DNA of 64,000 nucleotides, from contig OZ251238.1 of NCBI GenBank assembly GCA_965240325.2, forward strand, positions 1,240,001 through 1,304,000, in the 5' to 3' direction. A program made the translations under genes and the position numbers. Positions 10,837 to 22,182 of the stretch are shown one piece after another; positions within the stretch are counted from its first letter, which is position 1, and every line of letters begins with the position of its first letter. This stretch comes from Rebecca billardiae RCC1528. Its lineage: Eukaryota; Protista; Haptophyta. The notes under the pieces were generated by a model. It was not told the origin of the DNA and ran no database searches. It saw only the letters and a list, made by a program, of their open reading frames with translations.

Positions 10837-11688
10837 ATGCCGTCGTCCGCACATTCGTTGGTCTGGGCGGTGCTCGCCTGGAGCGGCCAGCGCCACCTCC
10901 GGGCTGGGCCGACGGAGCGGATTGGGCCACGAGCCGCGCGTATGCGCGTCTTCGTGACGGCCACCGCGGACGGCGACGGTGGCCGGCGGCCACGCCTGCT
11001 CGTGGTCGACGACGACGACCCGCTACGCCACGCTGTCACTTCCTACCTCGAGGGGAGCGGCTTCGACGTGGCGCAGGCGGCGTCGGCGAAGGAGGCGTAC
11101 GACATGATGGTGGAGGATACGCCGGAGCTCGTCGTGCTCGACGTGATGATGCCCGGCACCGACGGCCTCGAGCTGCTGCGCCAGGTGCGCGGGACGGCAC
11201 AGCTCCGCACCCTCCCGGTCGTACTGCTCACCGCGCGCGGCTTCACGCGCGACCGGATCAGCGGGTACGAGGCGGGATGCAACGCGTATATCACCAAACC
11301 GTTCGATGCGGATGAGCTCGTCGCAGTCGTCCGCTCGGCGCTCGCAACCGATGCGCGGTACGCCGCGGCAGCGCAGAGCGTGCACGCGATGCCTGCGGGG
11401 ACGGTGGGCGGCGCGCTCATGACGGCTGGCGCCGCCGGAGGCACGCTGATGGGGGCCGCGCGGCTCGCTGAGCATGAGCCGCCCGCTTGGCTCGACGGGC
11501 TGACGAGCCGAGAGCGCGAGGTCCTCCAGCTCGTGTCGCGGGGGCGCATGAACAAGGAGATCGCGCGTGCCCTCGACATCGGCCCGCGCATGGTCGAGAA
11601 GTACGTCTCCCGGCTGCTCGCCAAGACGGGCACGGCCACGCGCACAGAGCTCGCGCGGCTGGCGGTGGAGAACAGGATCGCGGACTAG
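10837..11688 (+). CDS. ycf29: NarL/LuxR-type response regulator, Ycf29/Rre1-like, with putative plastid-targeting presequence
   Basis: Receiver domain (LLVVDDD, LVVLDVMMP phospho-acceptor Asp, LLTARG, DRISGY, ITKPFD). LuxR HTH (LTSREREVLQLVSRGRMNKEIA...VEKYVSRLLAKTG..TRTEL). ~50-aa N-terminal extension. Confidence 0.85.
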   Translation: MPSSAHSLVWAVLAWSGQRHLRAGPTERIGPRAARMRVFVTATADGDGGRRPRLLVVDDDDPLRHAVTSYLEGSGFDVAQAASAKEAYDMMVEDTPELVVLDVMMPGTDGLELLRQVRGTAQLRTLPVVLLTARGFTRDRISGYEAGCNAYITKPFDADELVAVVRSALATDARYAAAAQSVHAMPAGTVGGALMTAGAAGGTLMGAARLAEHEPPAWLDGLTSREREVLQLVSRGRMNKEIARALDIGPRMVEKYVSRLLAKTGTATRTELARLAVENRIAD

Positions 11689-12041
11689 GGCGCGGGTCGG
11701 GGCGCGCGCACGGCTCGCGCTACGCTGCGGATCGGCCGCGTCGGCGCGCACCCGACGTGCTGTCTACTGCTGCAGCGCAGTGTGAGTAACACGACGGACA
11801 AACTAGCAGTGCGTTCAGCGGCCCGCCGGGCGCGGCGGGACTCGGCTTCGGAGGCAGTCAGCACATGTGCCCAGCTCGCGCCACATGGTGCCGAGCAGCG
11901 CGCGCGATATATTTTTATATATAATAAATGTGATGAATACATCGATGATGTGACATATATGATCGATGATCCGTCCTAGAACGAGGCCCTACGGCTACCA
12001 CGGGGCCTCCGGGCGTCCTCGATTGTCGCAGACGTCACTCG

Positions 12042-12627
12042 TCAGCACGGGTCGAGCTTCCAGCGCCGCTCGCCGGCGGCGCCCGTCCAAGAGGCGGGCT
12101 TGCAGCCCTTGTACGGCCAGCCCTCGAGCCAGGGCGCGCTCCAGCCGCCGAGCAGCCCGTACCGCCCGCCGTAAGACCGCTCCTTCACCGCGGCCGGCCA
12201 GGGGAACGGCTCTGGCGCGGGCATGCCGAGTGCGAACAGCAGCACGCAGCGCACCGCGTGCAGCAGCCACGCGAGCCGCAGCCGCACGAGCTCGTCGGGC
12301 GTCGGGTCGGGGTGCTTGAAGGCGGACCTGTCCTTCGCGCGGACGCCGACCGGCGGGAGCAGCTCGGTGCCACCGAGCCACCGCCCCGCGTTCAGCGCGA
12401 GCCGCTGCAGCCGGCGTGAGACGTACACGGCCACGCGCGCGTCCAGCAGCAGCATGCGCAGCAGCGGCTCACAGCGCACGTCCTCAGCCACCATGCTGCC
12501 GATGGCCTGCAGCGCGCCCAGCCCGTGCTCCTCGTAGTTGTCCACGGTGAGGCGCGCGTCGACGGCGGCCGCCGCGTCGGCGGGCGCCGCGCCCGACCCC
12601 GCGCCCGACTCCTCGCCGTCCGCGTCA

Positions 12628-12668
<41 letters not shown>

Positions 12669-13480
12669 AACCGCGTCCGCGCCGCCGCCCTCGCCCGCCG
12701 CGCGCCGTCGGCGCCTGGCGACCTTGGCATCCTTGGGCGGCGCCCAGTCGGTCATCAGGTCGATGTTGTCGATCCAGACGGCTCGGCCCCGCGACGAGTC
12801 CGCCCGCCGATCGGGGCGCGAGGTGACGCTGATCACGTCCACCTGCGTGCGCGCCGCGGTGTGGGGCGGGCGTGCACGCGCGTCAGCCGTGCGCGCGGCC
12901 GCGCGCGCCGCGCGCGCGCTGCGGCCGCGCGCACCTTGTACACCGTGGGGCCGTCGCGCAGCTCGATGGTGGTGCCGTTCGTCAGCGCGGCGAAGCCCTC
13001 GAGCGTACTGGTGAGCATCGCCTCGAGCTCGGGGTGCTCTGCCAGCTTGGACGAGTGCGCCTGGAAGCGCGCGGTGGCCGCCTTGGGCATGTGCGCGGAC
13101 TGCACGCCCACCGTCTGACCCTCCTCCACGCCGAGCGAGGCGAGGACGAAGGCGGGCGCGCAGATGGTGCCCTCGGGGCAGTGCGAGGGTATCGCCTCCG
13201 TGAAGAATTGCCGCGTCGGGTCGGCGCGGTTGTACACGCGGAAGCCGCGCGGCGGCACGCCGCGCCGCCGGAGCGCCTCGAACGCGGAGCGCGGCACGAT
13301 GATGCGGTCGCCCGCGGCGATGCTCGCGGGGGCGCCGAGCTCGCGAAGGACCGCGGGCTCGAGGAGACGTGCTCTCAGGCTCGTCGAGAGCGCCGGCGCG
13401 CCCCCATCGCGCTCGGCCGCCGCCGCGAAGCCGGCGACGGAGAGGAGACTCGCCGCGACGATTGCGCGCACGCGCGGCAT
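12042..13480 (-). CDS. Ufd1-like protein with signal peptide (candidate SELMA sUfd1); exons 13480-12935 and 12842-12042
   Basis: Ufd1 N-domain motifs GDRIIVP, EGTICAP, LGVEEG, MPKAATARFQAHS, FAALTNG, AVWIDNIDLMTDWAPP. A 92-bp GT-AG intron (12843-12934) joins the two ORFs in frame, giving 448 aa. Confidence 0.75.
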
Positions 13481-13623
13481 CGTGCCGGCCCTGCAGTGCA
13501 GCTGTGCTGACCCTGTTCGTCGCCTGGGTCGACGACGACGGGGCAGCCGGACCGGATTTTCCTCGACGTTTCTCGACAACAATGGCGTCACCGAGGCACG
13601 TGTAACGAGAAGCGCCCGGCCCG

Positions 13624-14795
13624 ATGCAGCAGTTCGGCCGGTCGCGCGTGACGAACCGGCTGATGCCGGTGGCGAACCGCTCTTCGGAGGAGCGCTGGGT
13701 GCAGCACTGCCAGGACCTCCACGTCAAGAAGCTGCGCGAGATGAAGCCCGTCGTGCGCACGGACTGGGAGGCGGACCTCAAGCAGCCCACGTACGCGCAC
13801 CTCACGCACAACTGGAAGCGGCTGCAGCAAGACGACCAGCGCTTCGAGGCGATCGAGCACGAGAACATGCGGCTCCTCGCGCGCATGTACAAGCTCTCCG
13901 AGCGCGGCGAGGGCGGCCGCTCCGTCCTGTTTGCGCCGGGCGTGAAGCTGAACGCAAACATGGTGCCGATGCTCGACGACAGGCTCGCGCCCTCGCCCAT
14001 GCCGGGCACGGCGACGCTGCCGAGGCGGCGCACGCCGGTGCGGCGGCGGCGTGAGCTCGAGCGGATCACCCACGAGAACCTCGCCCTCGCCCGCCGCCTC
14101 GCCCACCAGCCGCCCGTGTACGAGCGCGCGCAGTTTGAGCAGCACGCCGCGCGCAGCCGCTCCTACCTGCGCCTCATCTCAGACTTCCCGCCGTACAAGC
14201 AGGTGCGCGCCGCGCGCGCGCGAGGGCGGGGGCGCGCGGCGCGGCGGGTCGCGAGGAGGCACGCGCCGCGCGGCCGAGCGCCGCGCCGCCCGCGCGCCGC
14301 GCGCTCATGCCCCCCCGCTGCGCGCGCGCGCCGCGCGCCGCGGTGCGTGCGCGCGCGCAGCCGAGCCTCCGCGATGAGACGGCCCGCGCGCCGCCGCAGC
14401 TCTCGGGCCCGGCAAAGCAGCTGTGGCTCGCGTACACGCCCGCGAAGGGCGACGCGTCGCCGACCGCGCATTCGGACCACGGCGGCGGCGCGGGCGCTGG
14501 TGCCGCCGGGGCGCGCGCCAAGGCGCCGCTGCCACCGATACCGGTGCACGGCAAGGCTGGAGCTGCCCGCCGCTCCGCAGCAGCGCACGGCGAGCATGCC
14601 AGCCGCGGGGCCGTCGGGGCAGCTGGCGCAGCGAGCAGCGAGCCCGCGCCGCCGCACGGCAGCGGCGCGGCGGCGGCGGCAACGGACACGGCGGCCGACA
14701 GCGCGCGCGTGGTGCGTGCGCAGCTCGAGCTCGAGCGTGTCGCGGGCGAGCCGTACCCGCTCGTGCGCATGCAGCTCATGCCGGGCGCGGTGTGA
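13624..14795 (+). CDS. CFAP97 (KIAA1430)-domain cilia/flagella-associated protein; exons 13624-14202 and 14361-14795
   Basis: 'HVKKLREMKPVV', 'RFEAIEHENMRLLARM' and 'RRRELERITHENLALARRL' are typical of this family. Phase-0 intron 14203-14360. The second exon is less certain. Confidence 0.7.
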
Positions 14796-15247
14796 GCGGC
14801 GGCGGCGTCGCAGCGCCGTCTCGTCGCCTCGGCGGCGGCGAGCGTCGCTGGCAGCACGTCGATGTGCCGCGCGCGCGGTGTGGCATATCGCATTGCGCAT
14901 CGGGATCGTGCCGCAGTGCTGCGCATCACCACTCATCCGTCATCCCGCACTGATGACGATGCGAATCGGAACGCCCGTGGCCCGCAGGACTCTGTCTGGA
15001 CTGACGCCGGTGACGGCGGTGGGCGCCCAGGCTTCCGCCCGGGTCGCGTCTCGCACCCTCCACTCCAGATCGCATCTGCTGTACGCAGCCTCAGTATGCG
15101 ATTTGATGACATGACGGCATTGATATGACCATGATGCGCCGCGCCATCGACAACAACAATATAATATATATATATATTAATATATTAATATTTAATGCAT
15201 ATATATCATATATCATCGGCGATATTGGCCAGTGATGGGCGACTAGT

Positions 15248-15690
15248 GGGGTCAGAGCTCCGACCGTTACACTCCCGAGTGACACAATCTCCCGAAATAT
15301 ATATCGAAATATGAAATATCTCCTCGGTTTGTAACTGTTTGCGTCCGTTTAAGTTCGTTTAGGGGCTTTAGGCTGAATTCCAGGGTGTAGAATCCGCCTG
15401 TGCAAATTTCAGACTGCCAAAATGTGATCTAGACGGTGCGATTCTGGTGCAAACAGCGAGATCACCTTGGAGATCGTGTATATCTCCCCTACTAATGTTG
15501 CCGAGATCGCGTCGAGATTGAGGTCGTATATCTCCAGTATGTCGGACATTTTCGCAAAACTTGTCAGCGTGACCCCAGCTCATTTCAGGCGAATATTGAC
15601 ATCCCGAAGTTTGAGAGCCTCATCTCAAGACGACAGGAAGTTGGATTTTGGGCCACGCACCCCCCAGTGGGGCTCTCCGGCTCTGACCCC
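15248..15690. mobile_element. Possible MITE-like AT-richer insertion
   Basis: 11-bp inverted ends ggggtcagagc / gctctgacccc and lower GC than the flanks. Direct repeat atgggcgacta at 15235-15245 and 15710-15720, but not flush with the ends. Confidence 0.4.
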
Positions 15691-15932
15691 TCGGCCTCTA
15701 TTGGCTCTAATGGGCGACTACGTGAGTGAGGGGGGGGGGACGACGGCGAGGACTAGGAGCGCTGATCCTGGTGTTTATCAGTGTCTCTGCTGCTCGATCT
15801 GCTGCTACAGCTTGCTGACTCTGACGCCTGCCCGTTGCATGCCACGTCGTTAATATATCATCGATATCGTCAATAATTATATATATATTATTATATAATA
15901 ATATAATGTATATATATAATTATACAGCGCAC

Positions 15933-15938
<6 letters not shown>

Positions 15939-15990
<52 letters not shown>
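15939..15990. repeat. (TA)n microsatellite, ~26 units
   Basis: Read directly from the sequence. Confidence 0.95.
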
Positions 15991-15992
<2 letters not shown>

Positions 15993-16083
15993 CAGCAGGA
16001 GATGAGTACCCGGTCTGGCGATGCCGAGACCGGAGACGACGACCCGCGTCGTCACGGCGGGCTATACTAGAAACAATCAAGTC

Positions 16084-18144
16084 TTAGTACGAATCACTTC
16101 GCGACGGGCGTAGCTTGCTGGGGACGCGCGGGGACGGCGTGATGCCACCGCCGATGACGGACCTGCCGCCGGCCGCTGCTGCGATGCCTGGCAGAGACGT
16201 TGAGCAGCGCGACAGGGAGGGCACTGGCGATGCCGTTGACGATGACACCGTTGATACCGAGGATGACGACCCTGCCGTTGTGCCCGCCGCAGATGAGTAG
16301 CCGCCATACCCGCGGCCAGTGGCCCGCGGCGACGCCACACGCAGCCACCTCGCCGAAAGCCCGGCGGAGCGCTGACGTCCCGGAGGGAGGGGGGATGGCT
16401 TCGCGGGCAGGCCGCCGCCGTCCCGCGGGCGGGCGTCTGCTTCGCTCTCGCCCGCATGAGCGGGCATCCACCAACCAAGCATGGCGCCCGCCGTGGCGCG
16501 TTGGCGCTCGAGCCAGCCCTGCCAGCCCTTGGCGTGCGCGTCGGCTCCATCCCTGTCGGTGTCCGTGTCGGCACTGCTTCCCAGCTCGACCAAGCTGGCC
16601 TCGTCCGGCTCCACCAACAAGTCCTGCCCAAGCACAGAGGACTGCAGCGCTTGGAAGCGCTGGCGCTGCTGCTCCACCCGCGCGAGGAGAGACTTTGCAC
16701 GCCGCCGCAGAATGCGCGTGAGCAGCGCGACCAGCCCCACGCACAGCGCCAGCGGCAGCGCAAGCAGTGACTTGGCGCGCTCGAGTCCGAGCGGCTGGCG
16801 CGGCCGCGGCACGCAAACGGGCGGGCCCAAGTTGGCCTGCGGGTCGCAGCTGGGGTAGAGTGTGTTGAGCGCATCGAGGTCGTCCTGACCGATGCACGGG
16901 TACGCGGGGAACTGGTGCACCGACGCCATCAGCGGCGGCTCCGAGGGGCTGTCTGCAGCCGCACGCGGCCCCTGATGGCTGCCGACGTGCAGCGCGCCCT
17001 CGAGCGCGCGCGCGCACGCCACGTCCTCGCGGGCGTGCTCAGCGGGCTCGTTGAGCACGAGCGTCGGCGCCTGCGTCGTGTGCCCGACGCCGAGCGCGTG
17101 CCCGATCTCGTGTGCGACCGCCGCCTCAAAGTCGTAGCACCGCACGCACGGCACGATCATCGATTGCCACACGATGGCCGAGCTGAGCAGCACGCAGAGC
17201 GCCACGCACAGCCTCGCGGCGTGCACGCGCGAGAACGCCAGCAGCGCGCGCTCGCTCCACTCGAGCGCCTCGCGCGCGAGCGGCGCCTCGTCGGTCGGCG
17301 CCGCACCGCACGCGCCCACCGCACACCCGCCGCCCCCGACGAGCGCGCGCACGAGCGAGCTGAAGAGCCACATCGCGATGAGCGCCCACGAGAGGCCGAG
17401 GATGACGGTCGCCGTCATCGCCGGGCCTTCTTCGTCGACGAGGCGCCACCTGTTCAGCGGCGCGCACGCGGCGGAGTCGAGGTACCAGCACACATCGCTG
17501 TCGAAGCGGAGAGAGACGCTCTCGAGCCGCACGCCATGCGCCTCGCCCGGGACGAGCGTGCCGTTGGGCCCGGCCGTGGCCATCAGCGTGCGCGCTGGCG
17601 CGTGCGAGAAGCGCTCGACGTGCGCAAACGCGATGGCGTCGACGGGCTCTGCACCCGGCGGGAGGAGATCGCGCGCGCCCTCGGAGAAGGTGGAGATGAG
17701 GAGCTCCGTCGGCTCGCACCCGCGCTCGCCCGCGCACGGCGAGTTGTCGGGGGTGAACTTGAGGTGCGGGTGGTTGAGCGACCACGTCGCCATGGCGCGC
17801 TCGATCGCGCCGACAAGCTGCTCACAGCCGGCGCGCCCCTCGGGGGCAGTCGGGTCGAGGCGATCCCATGCCATCGCATCTTGCTCGGCCCAGAAGCGGG
17901 GGAGCATCTCCTCGCAGAAGAGCGGGTCGATCGCATACGCGATTCCGCCGCCCAAGCCCGCCGTTGAGCCGAAGCGCTCGGCTGCCGGCCAGCGGCGCGC
18001 GGAGGCGAGGATGGAGGCCACCTCGGCCTCGGGGGGGTTGGTTGGATCCGTGAGCAGCGAAAAGCCCGCCGCGAGACGGGGCGCGGCCGCCATCGCGAGC
18101 GCGAGCGCGAGCGGAGCCGCGCGCTCCATGCGCACGGGCGACAT
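16084..18144 (-). CDS. Membrane-anchored matrixin-like (peptidase M10, metzincin) zinc metalloprotease
   Basis: Signal peptide, 'IERAMATWS', zinc motif HEIGHALGVGH, Met-turn 'PLMAS', 'DDLDALNTLYP' and three hydrophobic TM segments. Start at 18144 or 18129. Confidence 0.82.
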   Translation of the reverse strand: MSPVRMERAAPLALALAMAAAPRLAAGFSLLTDPTNPPEAEVASILASARRWPAAERFGSTAGLGGGIAYAIDPLFCEEMLPRFWAEQDAMAWDRLDPTAPEGRAGCEQLVGAIERAMATWSLNHPHLKFTPDNSPCAGERGCEPTELLISTFSEGARDLLPPGAEPVDAIAFAHVERFSHAPARTLMATAGPNGTLVPGEAHGVRLESVSLRFDSDVCWYLDSAACAPLNRWRLVDEEGPAMTATVILGLSWALIAMWLFSSLVRALVGGGGCAVGACGAAPTDEAPLAREALEWSERALLAFSRVHAARLCVALCVLLSSAIVWQSMIVPCVRCYDFEAAVAHEIGHALGVGHTTQAPTLVLNEPAEHAREDVACARALEGALHVGSHQGPRAAADSPSEPPLMASVHQFPAYPCIGQDDLDALNTLYPSCDPQANLGPPVCVPRPRQPLGLERAKSLLALPLALCVGLVALLTRILRRRAKSLLARVEQQRQRFQALQSSVLGQDLLVEPDEASLVELGSSADTDTDRDGADAHAKGWQGWLERQRATAGAMLGWWMPAHAGESEADARPRDGGGLPAKPSPLPPGRQRSAGLSARWLRVASPRATGRGYGGYSSAAGTTAGSSSSVSTVSSSTASPVPSLSRCSTSLPGIAAAAGGRSVIGGGITPSPRVPSKLRPSRSDSY

Positions 18145-19046
18145 CTCGCTTCCACGTGTGTGTGTGTGTGCGTGTGTGTGTGTGCGAGGAAGGGGTTTGT
18201 GTGAGCTCGGGTTCCTGAGGTTCTCCGGTTCTTCACACGATTTCACTATTTCAGATTCCGCCGCGGCAAGAGGAATATCCCCCTTTGACGAAGTGCCCGG
18301 TGATTAATACGTGAAGCGCACCCATTACGCACCGGCTTGTGACCCGGGAGTAACGCACATGGGAGCAAAGCTACCCCGCACACTTTCAAATGTGAATTGG
18401 GGTAAAGTATTGTATCCACTGCGCCATTACATTATGGTATTGCGATTATCATCTAGCAAGGAATCTGCCCTTTTTCAACGCTCGTGAGCTTGCGATCTCC
18501 CCAAGCGATTGCCCCAAGCGTCAGACGAGCGACCAGTGCTCACCAGTGGTGAGCAGCGGATAGTAGTGACACTACTTTTACGACGTCGGCTCCCGCCGTG
18601 CGCTGGCCGGGCCGTGGGCGCCCGTGCGGGTCGGCGCTCTCGGTCCTGACGCTGGCTGTCTGCCGGCTCAGTCCGAGCCCTTGCGTGCGCAGCGTCATGC
18701 TCGGACCATGGCCCATCGATGCAATCATGCATGCCACCAGCGCCCGCCCGTGGCCGTGCCCGCGGCCCGTGCCGTACCGCAGCGTCCCGGGCGAATCATT
18801 ATATGGCACTGCATGAAGGTGCGGCCGCGGGAGCGCGCAGCACGCTGCTCGTTGCGCCTTGCGGCGTGGAAGTCGGGCCGCTCCCCCGCCGTTCCGAGAG
18901 CGCCCGATTGGGCGACCGGCTGGCCCGGGGCGATTGCTTCCGATCCGTGCAGGCTGACGGGCGCACACCGTCACCGGCTAGACACACCGGCCACAGGTGC
19001 AGCAATTCGCTGCGGCCGTCGACACATCCCGTCTCGTGGGCACGCC

Positions 19047-20327
19047 TCACAAGTCGTCGTCGTCGTCGGCTCGGCTGCGGTAGTAGAGCTGCTGCCGCTG
19101 CTGATACTGCTGCAGCTGGTAGAACTGCAGACTGTGCGGCGGGGGCTGCCGCTGCTGTGGGTGCGGCTGCAGTCCGTCCGCGCCGCCGCCGGACCGAGCG
19201 ACCGCCGCCGCACTGCTGCTCGGCGTCCCCGGCGCGGGCGCGCTGCTGGCGGCGAATCCGTTCCGCCAGTGCGACACGTGGTGCGCGAGCCCACCGCCTT
19301 TCACACTCGGCTCGAGCGCCGTCGAGGCGGGCGTGTCCACGAACATGGCGCCGATGCTCGGCGCGCTCGACGCGCGCACCACGTGTGGGCGCGCGCCCTC
19401 CTCCGCTGCCGGCGCCGCGGCCGCGGGCAAGGCCGAGGGCGTCATGTAGAGCGCGTGCGCATCGATCGGCGGGCCGGGCCCCACCATGTGCCGAGCGAGC
19501 TCGAGATCCGCGGCCCCCTTGCAGGACGCGTGCGCGTGGCCGCACCGCGGCGGCGTGTCCGACCGCCACCCAGCGCCGAGCGCGGGCGGTGCGGCCGCGG
19601 CCGCGGCCGCGGCCGCGGCCGCACGCCCGGGCTCTGCTGCCGCGCCGGCGGCGTCGTGGTGCGCATGGCGCTCGGCGTCGTGCGCCGCCGGGTGGGCCGG
19701 CCGCGGCTGCTGCGGCTGCTGCCCGTACACCTGCATCAGGAGCGCGTTCGACACCGCCACCTCCTCCTTGAGCCGCAGCTCGACGGCGCGGCGCGCGCCC
19801 AGCTCGGCGCCGTCCGATTCCATGCGCACGCGCGCGCACGCGAGCTCGCGCTCCGCGTCCACGAGCCGGTGGCCCAGGCGGGACATCTCGTCGTGCAGCC
19901 GCCCCACCTCGGTGGCGAGCGCGTCCGAGCGCGCGATCGCCAGCTGCGCCGCCCAGCGCGCGTACGCCACGTGCTGCACGTACTGCCAGTGCAGCCGGCG
20001 CCGGCTGAGCGCGTCGAGAGCGCTCAGCTCGGGCACGCGCCGCGCGAGCTCGGCCTCGGTGAGGTCGAGCGTGTCCGTGCGACGCGCGTCGATCGACTCC
20101 TGCGCCGACTGCGCGGCCACGTCCCACACCGCGCGCTCGAGCGCCTCGTACTCGCCCTCGCGCGGCGCGCGCGTGCCCCACCAGCGGCCGAGGAAGCGAG
20201 CGGCGGCCGCGTTGGCCGGGTGGTGGTAGATGGCGTAGTGCAGGGCCGCGGCGTCGTCGTCTGGCTGCACGACCCGCTGCCGCTTCTGACGGAGGGCCTC
20301 GTCAGGCGCCGCTGGGCGCGACCACAT
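19047..20327 (-). CDS. Hypothetical protein with central coiled coil and low-complexity C-terminus
   Basis: Protein-like composition and a heptad-like segment 'LATEVGRLHDEMSRLGHRLVDAERELA'. No family recognised. Confidence 0.6.
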   Translation of the reverse strand: MWSRPAAPDEALRQKRQRVVQPDDDAAALHYAIYHHPANAAAARFLGRWWGTRAPREGEYEALERAVWDVAAQSAQESIDARRTDTLDLTEAELARRVPELSALDALSRRRLHWQYVQHVAYARWAAQLAIARSDALATEVGRLHDEMSRLGHRLVDAERELACARVRMESDGAELGARRAVELRLKEEVAVSNALLMQVYGQQPQQPRPAHPAAHDAERHAHHDAAGAAAEPGRAAAAAAAAAAAPPALGAGWRSDTPPRCGHAHASCKGAADLELARHMVGPGPPIDAHALYMTPSALPAAAAPAAEEGARPHVVRASSAPSIGAMFVDTPASTALEPSVKGGGLAHHVSHWRNGFAASSAPAPGTPSSSAAAVARSGGGADGLQPHPQQRQPPPHSLQFYQLQQYQQRQQLYYRSRADDDDDL

Positions 20328-20522
20328 CGTGACGCCCGGCTGCCGTCGCGGCCCTGCCCCGCGAATCCGAGGCACGTGCCGTCACTGCCGTGCCGAGGCC
20401 GATGACGCCCGACCTGCAGCACTCGTCCGTGTGCGGCAGCGCCGCTGACTCTACAGAGGCCATGTAACGGCGGTAGTAACGCTGTCCACCAGGCACCACC
20501 ACGCGGTAGCGCTTAGCTACAG

Positions 20523-20614
20523 GTACAGTTTACTAAGAATAAGAGACGCACACAGCCCAGGCAGGCGAGAGTTGCCGCCCGCCCACTGTCACCCCCATGA
20601 AGCCGTCACCGATG
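20523..20614 (-). repeat. Repeat R1, 5'-truncated copy
   Basis: gtacagtttactaagaataagagacgcacacagcccaggcaggcgag...catgaagccgtcaccgatg. Confidence 0.85.
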
Positions 20615-21279
20615 ATGAGCTCCCACTCGTTGGCCACTGGGGTCGGGGACGCTCGGCCGTGAAAACAAGTGCCCGATGGCGCGGAGCGCGTGGGCGGCGC
20701 GCGCCAGATCCAACGCCGGCGCGGACATCGCGCGAGAACCCCCGAGGGGGGTTTTGGCCCGATTCGCGATTGCTGCCCTCGTCGTCTCGCGTGCAGGTCG
20801 AACGGGTGCCAAAGTCGACGCGTAGTTGGAGCGGTACGCTCGGCGCGTCGACACGATCGTGCGACCTGGGGCGGTCCTCGCCCGACTTGCACGTCGAGCG
20901 CTCGCACGGGCCATAGTATCAAGCGCTGCGCAAGACAACCAACTCGCGCGATCCACCGCCGCGCGTCGGGCTCGGTGCGGAAAGGCCTTCATCACGAGGT
21001 GTCTCGCGGGCGGGAAGCGCCATCGCACGCGACGCAAGATTTCAGATTTGGCGCGGCCTTCTGAACTCGATCGCCGGAATCCTCGCGCACCGGACTGTCG
21101 CTCGCGGTCCCGGTCAGCCGAAGCCCACGTCCGGCGTGCATGGCGTCGACGGTGACCAATGCGACGGAAGCGCAGCGCCAACGGCGTACGACGCGCAGCG
21201 GACGCACCTCCCGGGTCTGTCGCCGTGGCAGCAACCGCGTCATCGCGAGTTGGCGACCCTCGCCGCAGCGCGACACAGA

Positions 21280-21946
21280 CAAGCCAGTGATGCCATCCGC
21301 AGAGAGATGAAACGTCGAGCATGCAACATCGCCGCGCCATCCTCGTCCATGGCGCAGGCGCTGCGGGACGAGGCGGAAGTCGTCACGCCGGTGACGGATG
21401 CGCTGCGATTCCTGTGCCTGCGTGAGCAGCTCGTGCCCACTTTCGATCGCGAGTGGCACAGGCTGTCGCTGTGCGCGCGCGCGCGCACAACCAACAGCTC
21501 CTCGTGCCGCCCGAACACGCGGGCGCCAGACCTGTCGAAGAGGCGAAGAGCGACGACCGCGTGAACGTCAACGCGCTGGTGCTCAGCGTGGCGGCAGTGT
21601 ACGATGTCAACGCGACCTGCGCCGAGCCCATCGTGCCCGGAGCGGACATCGGCAAGCGTCTTCGCGACGACCGCTCTCGGCTGGCGGCATGCACATGATC
21701 TACTCTGGCGGCTTCGTCGGCGGCGAGGCGCTCGATTACGCCATCGCGGTCGAGATGGGGCACATACAGCGCGTACCCGCGCTCGCGCGGAGCAACGGGC
21801 TACCCGCCCCGCCCCGCGTGCTGCAAATTATTCCCTCGTGGTTGTGGGCCTCGCTGATGCGCACAAACATGTACACGTGGGAGAACTTCAGGTGTCACTG
21901 GTCCTCGCCCTCTGACTGTCCGTCCCACGGCCACGAGCGAATGTGA
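21280..21946 (+). pseudogene. Possible frameshifted gene relic of unknown family
   Basis: Protein-like stretches continue across three frames (EAEVVTPVTDALRFL; DDRVNVNALVLSVAAVYDV; MIYSGGFVGGEALDYAIAVEMG) with no intact ORF. Confidence 0.3.
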
Positions 21947-22182
21947 GAACTACACGCGAACCCGCAGAGGAAACATTGCGACAGCACTGGCACGGCCCGC
22001 CGCCCCCCCCGCCCGCCAGGGCACAGTTTAATATAACGCGGCATCATCATCAGTGTCAGCAGTGCTGACGAACGTCGCACTCCGGGCGCGACTCGGCCGT
22101 GCAATACTTATATTAACTACTTATAATAATACTGCTAAACGACCGAACGACTGCGCTATTACGACGACGGACGATCGATACA

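Noticed and set aside
10711-11688. Bacterial contamination explaining the response regulator
   Set aside because: Same composition as the neighbours, an N-terminal targeting extension, and flanked by host repeats and intron-containing genes.
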